A stretch of DNA of 64,000 bases from Gracilinanus agilis (Eukaryota): contig NC_058135.1 in NCBI RefSeq assembly GCF_016433145.1, forward strand, positions 274,053,009-274,117,008, written 5' to 3'. Positions 51,595-64,000 of this stretch are shown piece by piece. The translations under genes and the position numbers were made by a program. The first letter of the stretch is position 1; every line of letters begins with the position of its first letter. A model generated the notes under the pieces. It made no database searches, was not told the DNA's origin, and worked only from the letters and a program-made list of their open reading frames with translations.

Positions 51595-51810
51595 GCCTAT
51601 GAGTTCCAGATTGCTGCACTGCATTGGACTAAGTACTCATATATCTACAATAAGTCTAGAGACAAGATGGCAAGTTGGGGATCAGGAGACCACCAGACAG
51701 TGAATAGGTAGTCCAGTTCATGAATGGAGATAGGCCAAATATCCCATGCCTATCGGTAGCGGGATTGGGTCCATGAGTCACTGTTCCATCCTGGGTGAGA
51801 CCCAGCCTCC
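51595..51810 (+). ncRNA. degenerate 7SL (SRP) RNA retropseudogene
   Basis: Colinear with the 3' two-thirds of recalled 7SL: gagttc...ggagaccaccag...gtgaa...atggagataggccaaatatcccatgcctatcggtagcgggattgg...cactgttccatcctggg...gagacccagcctc. Confidence 0.55.
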
Positions 51811-54800
51811 AATAAGTAAACTAGAAAATGAAGATAAATGCACGAGTGAAAGAAAGAATTAAAATATATGAATGAATGAATATATGATTAGTGTATAATT
51901 AGTTGTTAAATAAATAATATGGTTTCTGAAAATTAAATGTCTTTCATCTAAGACTCCTTCCTCTCTCTGCCTCCACCATGCCTTTTATCTTATTGTGCTG
52001 TGTTAAGACATTGAATCCAGGACAACATTCTGTAGTGAACTTGTTCAAAGTTTTCTATCCCTTGCCATTCTGGTAGAGAAGTAGAGTTCTTTTTTACAGC
52101 CACATGTGCAATGCATTATAGGTACCTCCTTTCTCAAAGAGTTTAGGTTTTAATTCACATGCTTTGACTTTCTTACTGATCTCATACTTAGTATTCCCAA
52201 TATGCATGTTAACATGCCCAGGGAAATATTATCCAAGTTCACTGGTTTATTATGATGTCCTACAATAAACTCATAAACTCAGACATGTTATTCATTCTTC
52301 CACCTCCATCATTTTAAATCCCCTTTCTGCTAATAATATCCTAGTCTTTTGCCTTTTCATATGCCTCAACTCTTCTAAACCTATATTTTAATCTTATTAC
52401 TATATCTACAACATAATTTCTTAATTGCTGTGGTTCTGTTTGTGTGGGGTGCATGTTTGTGTGTGTCTGTGTGTGTATGTATATATGATAGACCTCCTTC
52501 TCCTTTAGAGTCTAGTGAACTCTGTGCCACTTCATTTCAGAGTACTTTAAGGGCACCAAACATATCAAATTATGATGAAAACCAAATTATGCTGAAATGT
52601 ATTAATGAAAATATTCAACAAACAGATTTCAGAGCCCATGTTAAGAATATATCTTCTAATCTTTATCCTCCATGTTCTTATAGTTCATTGATCCTTGTTT
52701 GGCATTGATTTTCACTCCTCAGAACCTTGATGCTGTGAATATATGGACTATTTGGGAGAGTACCCTCCATGAACTCTGAGAATTCTATTCCCATAACTAC
52801 TGTTAGTACTGAAACATATATGAATTGTCTTTCATGTCATAGCACTCTAAAGACATTCTACTTTTGGATGTTATATGAATTGAAATAAGTATTTGCACCT
52901 TTGAGGAGTGGGAAAGAGATTGAATTTGAAGACTCCGAGAAATCCATCACATCTTCTCTGGCTTGGTTATGTTACATTTATGACAGTCATGTCACATTTT
53001 GCAGACATTCATTTCTGTAACATGTGAGCAATGCCTTTTTCAGAGCCTTGTTGCAGGGATAGATAGAGGCCCAAACCCTATGGATGCATTTCTTCATTAT
53101 ATTAAGTAGTTATGCAAGCCATTTATGAAGATACAGTTGAAATAATCAATGGAAGCTTCAGAAGTAATCCCTTTTCATTTATTAATTATTTCATATTTAC
53201 TTTAAGGCAGGAAAAATGTTATAAGATTTTTAATTTCCATGCTGACTCAACTCCAGGAAATTAAGAGATTGAAAAATGGTCTACAAGTAGAAAGGGAGAT
53301 TAAATTATAAATGTTGTAGCATTTTATACAGGTCCTTAATTCCTCTTAATTTTTTCATATATTTATTAATCAAATTAAACTCTCTCATCATGTCTTTGAG
53401 CTTTAATTGACTGATATAATTCATAGTAAATGATTGCAGTGTAGATGGGTGTTATAACCATGAATGACAAGGGATGGATTTGATAGATACTCTTTTGGTT
53501 TATGTTCATTTTATCTAGTCATATTTAACATTGAGGAAATAAACATGCCTCGTTATTATTAAGAAACTAATTTTGACCTTTAAAATCCTCTGAAAAGGCC
53601 TCTGCAATCTTCAGGAATCTTAAGACCACATTTTGAAAGCAGAAAAATTGATAGATGTCCAGAAAATGAATAGCAAATACAAAAAAGCCAGTCTTTTATT
53701 TATATAGAAAAGTTGTGCCAGATAAATCTTAATCATATATGAATTTATATAAATTGTAAAGATATAGATTAATACAAAATTTATATAGATATGGATATAG
53801 AGATTAATATATGCATTTTCTTGAATTTCTAAATGATCAATATATGGTGTGCCCAGCTTTTATCAGTATATTTGAAAAAGACTTTTCATTTCTTCTTTGT
53901 AAACAGGATGGAGAAGCCGAACAAATATAGTTTAACTGATTGGATGGATTTGGAGTCCATTAAACCATATTCAAAGAATAATGTTTACAATATAGAAAGT
54001 GGAGTTTGGAAATGTGACCCAGAGATATGTTTGTGACTATTTGAATCTGCACATTACTCTCCTTCCCACATTCTACATTCTAAAATATGCCACCTTGCTG
54101 ACAGTCACATATCTCAATCCATCTCCTTTGCTATTCCTGCATCCCATGCCTGTAAGATAACCTCTTCTTTTCTCCACTTACATGAATTCCTAGCAAACTT
54201 AAGTTTAAATCAAGTGCTATCTATTACAAGAGAACTGATGTGATTTCCCATATGCACTCAATGTATAGTGTTTCCTCCAAAACTATTTATTGTTGATTTT
54301 GTATCTCCTTTGTTTTTCCTCTACATATATTACAAGCTTTACAAGGAAACTTTTTTTGCCTATGTATATCTCACATATAGCATTGTGTCAGTCAATAAGC
54401 ATTTACTGAGTACTAACTGTGAACTGGGCATGGCACACAATGCCTGTTCACAGAGTAAGGACAAACAAAACTATTGTGAAATTTAATTAAACTTTTTAAT
54501 GATAGGCAATACTGAACTAGCAGTTTATTCCTGGGGGAAGGGGAGACCTGATGCTTACTTAATTCATATATGTATACAATCAGAAATTAAGGGGAAAATG
54601 AGATCTCTTTGTAGGTCCTACAATTTTCTCATCTCTCCTCTTTTCTCCATTCATTGGCTGCAGTAAAAAAAACAGTTTGGGAAAAAAAAAAACTAACCAC
54701 ATAGTACCCAATAGGGAGCCCTTGTAAGTATTTCAAGAAATTATATAAGAAAAACTCTAAATGTAGACACAATGAACATAATTTGCCAATTTCTTTTTTT

Positions 54801-54912
54801 TAAATCCTTGAATTTTTCCTTCACTCATCAAAAGAATAATTATTTTTCATGTATTCCCTTCCACCCCTTCACCCCTGACTTTGAATCTGGTATTTTCATT
54901 AGGAACCCATTA

Positions 54913-55839
54913 TTAGCTAGCAATAGTATCATTCCAGCTACATAACTTCCTGATGGCATTTTTCATTTGGGTATTTCTCAGTGTGTAAATTAAAGGGTTT
55001 AACATGGGGGTAATAATTGTGTAGAAGACTGCAACAGCTTTATCAATGGGAAAGGTTGTTGCAGGCCTCATATAGACAAAAATACAAGGAACAAAAAATA
55101 GAACAACTACAGTGATGTGGGAACCACAGGTGGAAAGGGCCTTGCGTCTCCCCTCCACACTGTGAGTCTTCAGAGAGGACAGAATGACAACATAGGAGAC
55201 CATCAACAGGAGGAAGTTTAAGAAGCAAATGAAACCACTGTTGGCTGCAACAAATAAACCAAGGGTATGAGTGTCAGTGCAGGCAAGAGTGAGCAAAGGA
55301 TTTAAGTCACACATAAAATGATCTATGACATTGGGACCACAAAAGGGTAATTGGCTCAGGAAGAGCATCTGTATAGTTGCATGGAGTAAACCTCCTATCC
55401 AGACCACACCAACCAAGATGCCACGTACCCGCCAATTCATGATGGTCATGTAGTGCAGAGGCTTGCAAATTGCCACATAGCGGTCATAGGCCATTACAGT
55501 GAGTAGGATGCCCTCAGCACCTCCAAAGAAATGTTCACCAAACACTTGTGTCATACAACCATTGAAGAAAATGGTTTTCTTTTCATAAAGTGAGTCTATA
55601 ATGAGTTTAGGTGTATTAACAGAGGAATAACAGGCATCTATAAAGGACAAGTAGGCAAGGAAAAAGTACATAGGGGAACCCAGGGTTGGACTAATGTTGA
55701 TGGTGATGACAATAAGTATGTTACCTACCATTGTAATGGCATAGATTATAAAAAACACAACAAAAACAATTTTTTGCATCTTTGGATTCTCTGTTAGCCC
55801 CAGTAGAATGAATTCAGTTACATTTTTTCCATTATCCAT
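54913..55839 (-). CDS. OR4C46: olfactory receptor OR4C46/OR4C13-like (intact 308 aa)
   Basis: Intact ORF; [29 protein letters not shown] and [11 protein letters not shown] match the recalled human OR4C46/OR4C13; exact orthologue uncertain. Confidence 0.88.
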   Translation of the reverse strand: MDNGKNVTEFILLGLTENPKMQKIVFVVFFIIYAITMVGNILIVITINISPTLGSPMYFFLAYLSFIDACYSSVNTPKLIIDSLYEKKTIFFNGCMTQVFGEHFFGGAEGILLTVMAYDRYVAICKPLHYMTIMNWRVRGILVGVVWIGGLLHATIQMLFLSQLPFCGPNVIDHFMCDLNPLLTLACTDTHTLGLFVAANSGFICFLNFLLLMVSYVVILSSLKTHSVEGRRKALSTCGSHITVVVLFFVPCIFVYMRPATTFPIDKAVAVFYTIITPMLNPLIYTLRNTQMKNAIRKLCSWNDTIAS

Positions 55840-55880
55840 TTATTCCATATGAATGTTGAATTCAAGCAAGAGTTTTTTGT

Positions 55881-55905
55881 CTGCAAAGAAAGAAAGTTTT
55901 CAGTA
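55881..55905 (-). other. 3' splice acceptor of the 5'UTR intron of the OR at 54913-55839
   Basis: Minus strand cttactgaaaactttctttctttgcAG, 41 nt before the ATG. Confidence 0.55.
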
Positions 55906-56219
55906 AGGGAACTTTATATTGATCAACCTCTCCTCTAGAAAGAAAATGTCAAAAGAGGGTTGGTCTGATATCCAAGAAGACTACATTGATATCTCAATGG
56001 TCTCCCAGTACTGAGTCAACTTTAAGTAGGCAATTTATACCCTTTGAATCTCTTCATCCTTATATGCAAAATGGAATAGAGAAGAGACACATGGTATAAT
56101 TCCTTGAACAGAGGATTTGAGCCTAAGGAGAGTAAGTTCAAATCCTTCTCAGATTAGTAGGATGCTCCTACTAATAATTATAATAAATTGTAGTAGCTAG
56201 CATTTATAAAGTACTTGTA

Positions 56220-56470
56220 AAGAAGTATATATTAGTTTATGATTAGACAACTGTCATTGTCTTCAAAGTGTTTTACATATGCCATCCCATTTCATTCTCA
56301 CAACAACCCTTAGAAATAGAAGCTACTCTTCTACTCATTTTAGAGATGAGAAAATTGAAGCTAAATGAGGTTGTTATTTTCCCAGAGTAACACAGGTAAG
56401 ATGTTTCTGAAGAAGTATTTGAACTCATATGTTTTGAATTTTAAGTCTCATTATTTTCACTGCACCACCT
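56220..56470 (-). mobile_element. MIR
   Basis: cccatttcattctcacaacaaccc...cattttagagatgagaaaattgaagct...gtatttgaactc. Confidence 0.65.
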
Positions 56471-57970
56471 CATTGTCTTACTCTGGCCATGCCATTTAAC
56501 TTTTCTTTACCCTAATTTCCTTGTCTGAAAATGGTGGGAAGTATTGGTCTTCACCCTCTATGGTATCTTCTATCATGAAGTCTATGACTTCATGATATGA
56601 TTATATATACTCCCTCCTTAGGCACCTTAAAGAGCTATTTTTTCAATGTTTACATCAATTTAATAATATAGACATTTCAATAATTATTCAAATCATTCAA
56701 TCAGATTTCTCCTTCTATTTATATAGTCATGATATATTGCTATTTCCTACTTGATAATATACTTAGATATGTTGAGGTGCATTGACTTTTGAAATACAAA
56801 GAACAAACAAAAATTCTTTATCTTTATCTTACAATGGAGTATCCCTAAAGAACCCTGAATAGGTTGAGATTTTTATCATTTACTTTGATTTTCAAAATCT
56901 ATTAGCAAATGACACAACAAGGAGGGATAGATAATACTGATAATACTATAGTAACAATCAGTGTTCAATGAGTTCTTGACATGCTAAATATAAAGACAAC
57001 TTTTAGAAAGATATAAGGAAAGAAAAATAAATTCTAAAGTTCCATGGCTTTAACAATGTTTTCACCATGACAAACTGATAAGGTTTAGTTAGTTAAGACA
57101 TTTATTTCTTCTCACTGATTTATATTAAAAAATGATTTTTAAAAATTTTTTTAATTTACTTTCCCTATGGCACAAAAGTATGAATGGTAGGATGTTAATT
57201 TGGTTCACTGACTTCTTAGATCTGATGTCAGGGTAGGGAAAGTCCTCACAGTTAAAACAATTAGATTCTAAGGGATGAAAATCTACAGTTTACACAGCTA
57301 TTTTATTGTCCTCTATTTTATCCAACATTTTATATTTTATTATGACTTTTGTGCTATCTATAGGTATATGTTATAAATATTTTAAATTTTTTAATTATTA
57401 CAACTTTAAAATTACTCTTTAAAGGCACTGTGGTCTAATGTAAGAGTTAGAAGACCCCTCTTGGAAGCGCTAAATCTGTCTCTGTTACCTTTGGTAACTG
57501 ATGCCTTTCTCGTTCCTTCATTTCCTTTCCCTATTAAATCTTATTTCTATTACCATATAAATGGTATTACCATATATATTAATTATATATATTAAACTAT
57601 ATTATATATAATATTATATCAATATATGTTTAATACCCCCAATACAATACATATATTTACTAAAACCTTTTCTTAACTACCTCCCCATCTTGAGACTCTT
57701 TCAAATGCTATTATTTTCATTTCATGGAGGAGTCAAATGTGGCTTTGGAAAATTAAATTAGGTAAAAAATGAAATATCCTGACAGTGATAGTAGAGTATT
57801 TTCTTATTACATCATTATTTTCCATGCTTGCTTCTAGGCTTGTTTTAAGAATCTAGTGTTATACTGCAGATTAAATCCCATTAAAACCATGAACTAAATT
57901 GTAAGGAATTATGAAATGTATAAATCAGACTAAGTATTAGCCCCACTGGAGTTTGGTGGGTGGGGTCAGA

Positions 57971-57979
57971 ACTTACCTC
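57971..57979 (-). other. candidate splice donor of the first non-coding exon of the OR at 54913-55839
   Basis: Minus strand GAG|GTAAGT, a consensus donor between promoter block and CDS. Confidence 0.4.
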
Positions 57980-58349
57980 AGTCCTATTTACAGATACAGA
58001 CAAATAATTTTTCATGTATTCAAGAGAATTCTCATTTTCATGATGATGTTTTTATTGCGTAGGAAGATGTTGGCAGACTGGTTCAAATACTGACTTGGTG
58101 CTTTATGGAAGGTTTTTCAGCATCATTTCTTCCAGGATCTCCGTTGTCCTGTATCTAAGAAAACTGAACCTTATTTAGTAATATATTCTCTAACAAACAA
58201 AGCACATAGATACTAAGGAAGACACCTTGATTCTATGCCTGCCTTCATGAAATAAAAGGAATAAATGACTCTAAATGACCATCTATTTTTATACCTCAAT
58301 TCCCTTTACCTAACCTTTGAGAAATATGTCTAAATAGGATCTTGTATAG

Positions 58350-58560
58350 GTTCAGGGACCTATTTTCATACCCAGAGCTGTGTTCTCAGAGGAATTAATT
58401 ATCAACAGTGTTAGAAATATTTTGATGCAGAAGACCTATTATTTGGGGAATGTGTTTTTGAAACAATGTACACATAACTGGTTCCTTCATCTCTGTATAC
58501 TGGAGTCTTCATTTGTCTGCCCTGCAAGTAAGATAATGGAATATGCCAAGTAGGACAAAG
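58350..58560 (-). promoter_or_regulatory. candidate OR promoter block for gene 54913-55839
   Basis: gTTCTCagAGGAAT (O/E-like) overlapping TAATTA at 58396-58401; aligns with 5635-5790 and, in reverse complement, with 42850-43060. Confidence 0.65.
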
Positions 58561-59066
58561 CCTCCTACATTTTGAACCTGTCTCACTAAAGATTCAATGG
58601 TCTACATGAAGGGCAGAATCAGGGAATGTTATACTGAATGCAAATGCCTGATGTACAGTCCTCACTTGCTAAATGGGCATCCATTACTGTAGAACTTCAG
58701 TTAATTTCATCCTTATTTTTTCAACCCATCTCATTTTTGTCAGTAGAGAAGTTGTAAAAAGCTAGCAGGCAGAGATTATAACTGATAATTAAATTATTAT
58801 GACTTTTTCTATTATAGATATATATAGATATAAATGTAAGATATTTTACTATGAGGACTTGGATGAAACAAGGGAAAATAGAAATATCAAGATTTTGTTT
58901 TTTTTTACCTTTTTTAATCTTGATCCTCAGTTAATACTTGCTATTTCAGAGCATCACTGAAATCACATGGATCTTCCAGTTCAAATCAGATGAATATTTT
59001 CAAATCAGAAATTTACATTCACTCTATGATGATTTGTACCATTCTCTTTAGTTTGATCATCTAACT

Positions 59067-59260
59067 CAGTTATTCCCAAAGTGGGCACGACTGCCCCCCT
59101 AGTGGGTGCTGCAGTGACACAGGGAGGCAGTGATGGTCACAGGTGCATTTATCTTTCCCATTAATTGCTAGTAAAATTAAAAAAAAAATTTCCAGGGGCT
59201 CTAAGTAATATTTTTTTTCTGGAAAGGAGGCGGTAGGCCAAAAAAGTTTGGGAGCCACTG
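59067..59260. mobile_element. hAT-type MITE (194 bp)
   Basis: TIRs CAGTTATTCCCAAA / TTTGGGAGCCACTG; 8-bp TSD degenerate. Confidence 0.7.
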
Positions 59261-59796
59261 ATACAGCCAGGGGAAAATTATAGCCAAGGAAATATATTGC
59301 TCAAAAAATAAGTGTTCAAAAAGTATAAAAAGGCATCATTAAGATGAAATCCAAATCTGAACTATCAATAATAATATGAAAAATGGTCAAAATAACTTAC
59401 AACTAGATAAATTCAAATTAAAATAAGTCTGATGTTCTACCTTATAGCAATAATATTGACAAAGATAAAAAAAAGGATAAATGACAAATGCTGGAATAGC
59501 TATGTAAAATTAGCATATTAATACATTGTTGTTGGAATTATCAATTGATCCAGTTATTCAGGCAAGCAATTTCAAACCATGACATACAAGTTATTGAACT
59601 GTGTATATTATCTGATTCAATAATACTAATAATAGATCTATACTCAAAAAGAGAGGAAAGGACCCATATGTATTTACAGATATATACATACACACACAAT
59701 GTATATTCTATATATTATCTATACACAAAATGTGTATACTATCTATGCATGTGTTTCTATATACATAATATATATACTGTCTGTATATACACACAC

Positions 59797-59827
<31 letters not shown>

Positions 59828-59862
59828 TATACACATATGCATACACACACACACACTCCTTT

Positions 59863-60671
59863 TGTTGTAATGTGAAAGGGAATTCTTGGTTCTCTTTGAG
59901 TTTACACTTGTGAAAAGAGAATCCTTTGTTCTCTTTGCCTAGTTGGAGATAAAATTTTGACAATAACTTAGGTACCCCTACTTAGCACCTCACTAGATTT
60001 TGAGGACAAGATTAGCTCTTTTTTATCTCAACACAAGCTTGAACTAGGTGGAGGAGCTCACAAACCACTTAGTGACTTCATAGCTTACTTGATGCTAGGT
60101 GAGAAGCCTGCAAGATACTTAGAGAGCTCCACCTTTTCCCCCAAACTCAAACAGCCAGAAATGTAAGAGTTCACACACTCAGAAAGGTGTGAATCCAAAG
60201 GTGACAACTCAGACAATTTGGAAACTGTTGTTGGCCCCCATGAAAAGGGGAAGGGAGGGGAAACCACCATTACAGCCATGAAGATCCCTGAGCAGGGAGT
60301 CTGTTGAAGTTGACTCTAGTGAAGGGAGCCTAGTAGAGAGTGAACTCCAAGAAGGAAGTTGGCTTCAAGAAGAGTGTTGGCTCCAAGAAGATAATCAGCC
60401 ACAAGAGTCACCTTCAGCTCCAGTCATTGTCTTGACCTGCCTCTTGGAGGGAACTTGATTGAATGGATAACTGATTTTCCCTTCCCGTCTTCTGGAGATA
60501 GTTTAATTTTGATTGAACGTTAACAAGTCCTTGCTGAACCAAGCACTGGAACAATATTTAGTTTGATATGTTAATGTCTTTTCTATCCTTTTATATTTCA
60601 CTCTTTTCACCTCTTTCATGAATAAAAGATTCATAATTTCCATAAATTTAGCCAAACCATTCATTTTAACA
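59863..60671 (+). mobile_element. solo ERV LTR
   Basis: TG...CA termini, AATAAA near 60621, LTR-like composition; weak 4-bp TSD cttt/ctta. Confidence 0.55.
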
Positions 60672-60899
60672 CTTACAGTAAGCAATGAAGTTGAAGGAAT
60701 GCTATCATATGGGGAATAGCCAATAAAATTATGGTTTAGGAATATAACTATGTTATAGAAATATAATGAAAAGGATAGTTTGCACTACAAATTTATGCTA
60801 CATAATTTCAACTGAATTCTCACTGCTTCAAGGTATCTTATCCCTTATATATACCCTCTATACCCTCTCCATTCTATACCTTCTCCACTCCCCACAGAA

Positions 60900-61360
60900 A
60901 TTCTTCCAAAATTTTCACTCTTCAATCCTCACATGCCTCTCTCTCCCCCTGCCCAACTTTTTCAGCTGATAACTTATTTAAAAGGAAAAAAAGTAAAATT
61001 CTTCACCTTGAATTTCTTCTCTTCCTCATCTCCTATTACTTGGATGACCTCTGTGACTTTCTCTTCCATCATTTGTGTTTCACATGATGAAATAGTCTTA
61101 ATTCTTACCCAAGCTAAGATATGCATTCGTGCAAGTTATGTCATTCCATCCAGTCTTTTGAACATTGTCCTTTTCTTGATTCCCATTTTTTAACTTATTT
61201 TTAATGTCTCCCTCTCTACTTGCTCATTTTCAACTACCTACAAATACAACCATGTCTCCTTTATCCCAAAAATCTCTCACTTTATCTTCCCAGACTTGCT
61301 AACTATCTCATCTGCACTTTCTTTCTAAACTATTGGAAAAGGCTATCTAAAATATGTAAT
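60900..61360 (+). mobile_element. L2 relic
   Basis: Pyrimidine-rich L2 sense signature (ttcttacccaagctaa...atgtctccctctctact...aactacctacaaatacaaccatgtctcc). Confidence 0.55.
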
Positions 61361-61419
61361 TTTGATGATATTAAATTTTAAAGTTTTAGTACAAATAAAA
61401 CAAATGAAACCAAGATTAG

Positions 61420-62270
61420 AAGAAAGCAGGAAGCTAGGGATTTTTTTCTATTTTTGTAGCAGGTGTCTTTGATAAATGACTAAATTATTAAGTATATGGA
61501 GAGCTCAGTGTTATTTATATAAAAACGTCTTTCTACCATTGATATGTGGTCAAAGTATATGAACGAGCTGTTTTTAATAAAGAAATCAAAGTCATATATA
61601 GTTATATAAAATTCTTTAAATCACTTTTGATTATAGAAATGCAAGTTAAAACAACTCTGAGATACCAACTCATACCTATCAGATTGGCTAATATGAGAAA
61701 AAAAAAAGAAAATGATGAATTTTGGAGGGGATACATGAAAATTGAGTCACTGATATATTGTTGGTGAAAATGAGATCTGATCTAACCATTCTGGAGAGCA
61801 ATTTGCAGCCCTGTTCAAAGAAATCTAAAACTGTCTAAACCCTTTGATCCATCAATATCTTGCTTGGTCTGTATCCCAAAAAGACAAAAAAGGCAAAAGG
61901 ATCTATTTGTATAAAACATTTATTCCATTTATTTTTGTGATATAAAAGAATTGTAATTTGTGAGGTTGTCCATCATTTAGGGAATGGTTGAATACATTCT
62001 GGTATAAAAATAACAAGCAGGATGGTTTCAGAAAAATCTGGAAAGACTTAAATGAACTGATACAAAGTGAAGTGATCAGAACCAGAAGAACATTGAACTC
62101 TATGATAACAATATTTGTTGATATATAATTGTAGAAGACCTAGTTATTTTCAGCAATGCAGTCATCCAAGGCAATACCAGACTCATGATGAAAAAATGCC
62201 ATCTGTATTACCCTCTGAGAAAGAAATGGTGAAATCTGAATGAACCCTGAGGCATATAATGTTTCATTTT
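61420..62270 (+). mobile_element. L1 ORF2 3' end/3'UTR fragment
   Basis: gaaatgcaagttaaaacaactctgagataccaactcatacctatcagattggc (EMQVKTTLRYQLIPIRLA), the L1 ORF2 C-terminal motif. Confidence 0.85.
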
Positions 62271-62389
62271 TCTTCCTTCTTTCCTTCCTTCCTTTCTTCC
62301 TTTTTCCCTTCCTTCCTTCCGTCCTTCCTTCCTTCCTGCCTTCTGTGATAATTTGATTAAGTCTACACTGCCCATCTTTAGATTTAATC

Positions 62390-62966
62390 ACCAAAGGTGA
62401 GAGTACCTTCCAATTCTGGGAGGTCCTAACCCAAGTGTGCTAGAGTGAGTAACCAATCAGAATTGAGGCACCTCCTATGCTTTCTATGAGAAAGTGTCTG
62501 TTGTGATTAGACATGTAGGTTAGGGGAAGGCACTGGAAGTGATGCATACATGACCCCTTTAATAGAGGGAGTTGAGTGAATGAGGCTGCTGCTGGTTTGG
62601 TGAAGGGGACCTGAGGGAGCTTTGCTGGTTTGTGACCTAGACTGTTCCATCTGGTGAGTTTAAAGACTGAATCTTCCTGAACTTCTATTAAGAAACTTCC
62701 ATTTATAGACTCTGTGAATGAAGTTTGCTCCCTTCACCTCCATGCCTCAGGCCCTTTAACCCTTGGGTGAGGGTTAAGATCTACTTGGATTAATTAGCGA
62801 GATAGATTCTTATTTTCTTCCTCTCTCTCTTCTCTCATGTAAATAAACTTCCATAAAAGTCCATTTTGATTTGAGATTATTCTTAATTGAGGATTGATAA
62901 TAGTTCAATCCTCTGGTGACCATCTTTAATATACTGAACCCATAAAACCCCTTTTTCACCCTTACA
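62390..62966 (+). mobile_element. solo ERV LTR
   Basis: CCAAT motif, AATAAA near 62843, 3' end CCCTTACA; 5' end degraded. Confidence 0.55.
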
Positions 62967-62986
62967 CTACCTTCTTGTCTTCCTTT

Positions 62987-63178
62987 TTTTTTTTTTTTTT
63001 TTTGACCCTTAACTTCGGTGTATTGTCTCATAGGTGGAAGAGTGGTAAGGGTGGGCAATAGGGGTCAAGTGACTTGCCCAGGGTCACACAGCTGGGAAGT
63101 GGCTGAGGCCGGGTTTGAACCTAGGACCTCCTGTCTCTAGGCCTGACTCTCACTCCACTGAGCTACCCAGCTGTCCCC
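62987..63178 (-). mobile_element. young opossum-type tRNA/CORE SINE
   Basis: Nearly identical to 29073-29249, long poly(A), 16-bp TSD cttcttgtcttccttt 62971-62986 / 63179-63194. Confidence 0.95.
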
Positions 63179-63499
63179 CTTCTTGTCTTCCTTTATCTCT
63201 TTCTCTTTCTCTCTCTCTTTCTTCCTTCTTCCTTCTTTCTTTCTTTTTTTCTTTCTTTCTTTCTCTCATTCTTTCTTTTTTCACCTGAAGTCTCTTCTAC
63301 TAAATAATTAATATGGAAAAATATTTTACATGATTACACATGCTGAATCTATACCAAAGTTCCTACCAATTCAGAGAGGTGTAATGCCAGGAAGGGAGTA
63401 AATGGGTCAGATCTAAAGAGAGAATTAGGAACTCAAAACTTTAAAAAATGTTTGTTAAACAATTGTGTTTATATATAATAAGGAAAAATAAAATATTAC

Positions 63500-63751
63500 C
63501 AGAGGTACCTTGACACACAAGTATAATTTGTTCCATGATTAAGCTTGAAGCTCAATTTGCTCTTATGTCAAATCCTCAACGATTCCTTAATCTCACTTGT
63601 ACTGTTAAGTCATCAAACTTGGGCTCCTCCCAGGGGCAGAAGCTCATGATTCAAATATCTGCTCATGGCTTAAAGCAAAAAAATCTTAGCATGATTGCTC
63701 ATATTTCAAATTGCTCGTGATTTAAGGTGCTTGTATATCAAGGTACCACTG
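63500..63751. mobile_element. Tc1/mariner (Tigger-like) MITE
   Basis: TIRs CAGAGGTACCTTGA / TCAAGGTACCACTG followed by TA. Confidence 0.75.
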
Positions 63752-63779
63752 TATTTAAAAAATTCAAATATAATCTTAA

Positions 63780-64000
63780 CTTCTACAGAAAGTCTTCCAT
63801 AAACTCTCTTAATTCCAGTTTTCCTCACTTTTAATTATTTCATTTTTATTCTGTTTGTAGCTTGCCTTTTATATATTCGTTTGTGTATTGTCTCCCCCCC
63901 CAGTAAATTTTAAACACTTTGAGAACAAGGGTTTTCTTTTATCTCTTTTAATATTCCAATCACTTAGCATAGTGACTTGTACATAGTATGTCCTTAATAA
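63780..64000 (+). mobile_element. L2 3' end relic
   Basis: cttagcatagtgacttgtacatagtatgtccttaataa terminus. Confidence 0.6.

Noticed and set aside
57560-57660. AT-rich quasi-palindromes (also degenerate TA/CA tracts at 13520-13680, 17940-18240, 59690-59856)
   Set aside because: Ordinary decayed microsatellites.
1-64000. CRISPR arrays, rRNA, tRNA genes, prokaryotic systems, extra OR pseudogenes
   Set aside because: None seen. The tRNA-like A/B boxes belong to SINE heads, and I recognised no additional OR-like reading frames.

Overview
AT-rich, repeat-dense mammalian genomic DNA, most likely from a didelphid marsupial (opossum-type): it carries MIR, L2, L3/CR1, MAR1-type and young Mdo-type CORE SINEs and opossum-type L1. 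The window is part of a class II olfactory receptor cluster with five intact single-exon OR4C-subfamily genes: 2709-3638(-), 14844-15773(-), 29847-30776(-), 47264-48193(+, OR4C12-like) and 54913-55839(-, OR4C46/13-like). Each gene has a homologous non-coding block 2-8 kb upstream, with a homeodomain TAATT(A/G) site next to an O/E-like site; these are candidate promoters. The most unusual objects are: (i) one TSD-flanked chimeric retrocopy made of a 54-nt SINE head fused to the 3' end of BNIP3L mRNA (12514-13238); (ii) a CpG-rich 2.1-kb RTE LINE resembling invertebrate (Schistosoma SR3-like) elements, distinct from the BovB-like RTE relic nearby; (iii) an L1 consisting only of 5'UTR plus the ORF1 start, yet flanked by a TSD; (iv) a hAT element with a nested LTR. 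I found no unambiguous new biological system. All family names come from recalled consensus sequences, not database searches, and boundaries of old repeats are approximate.
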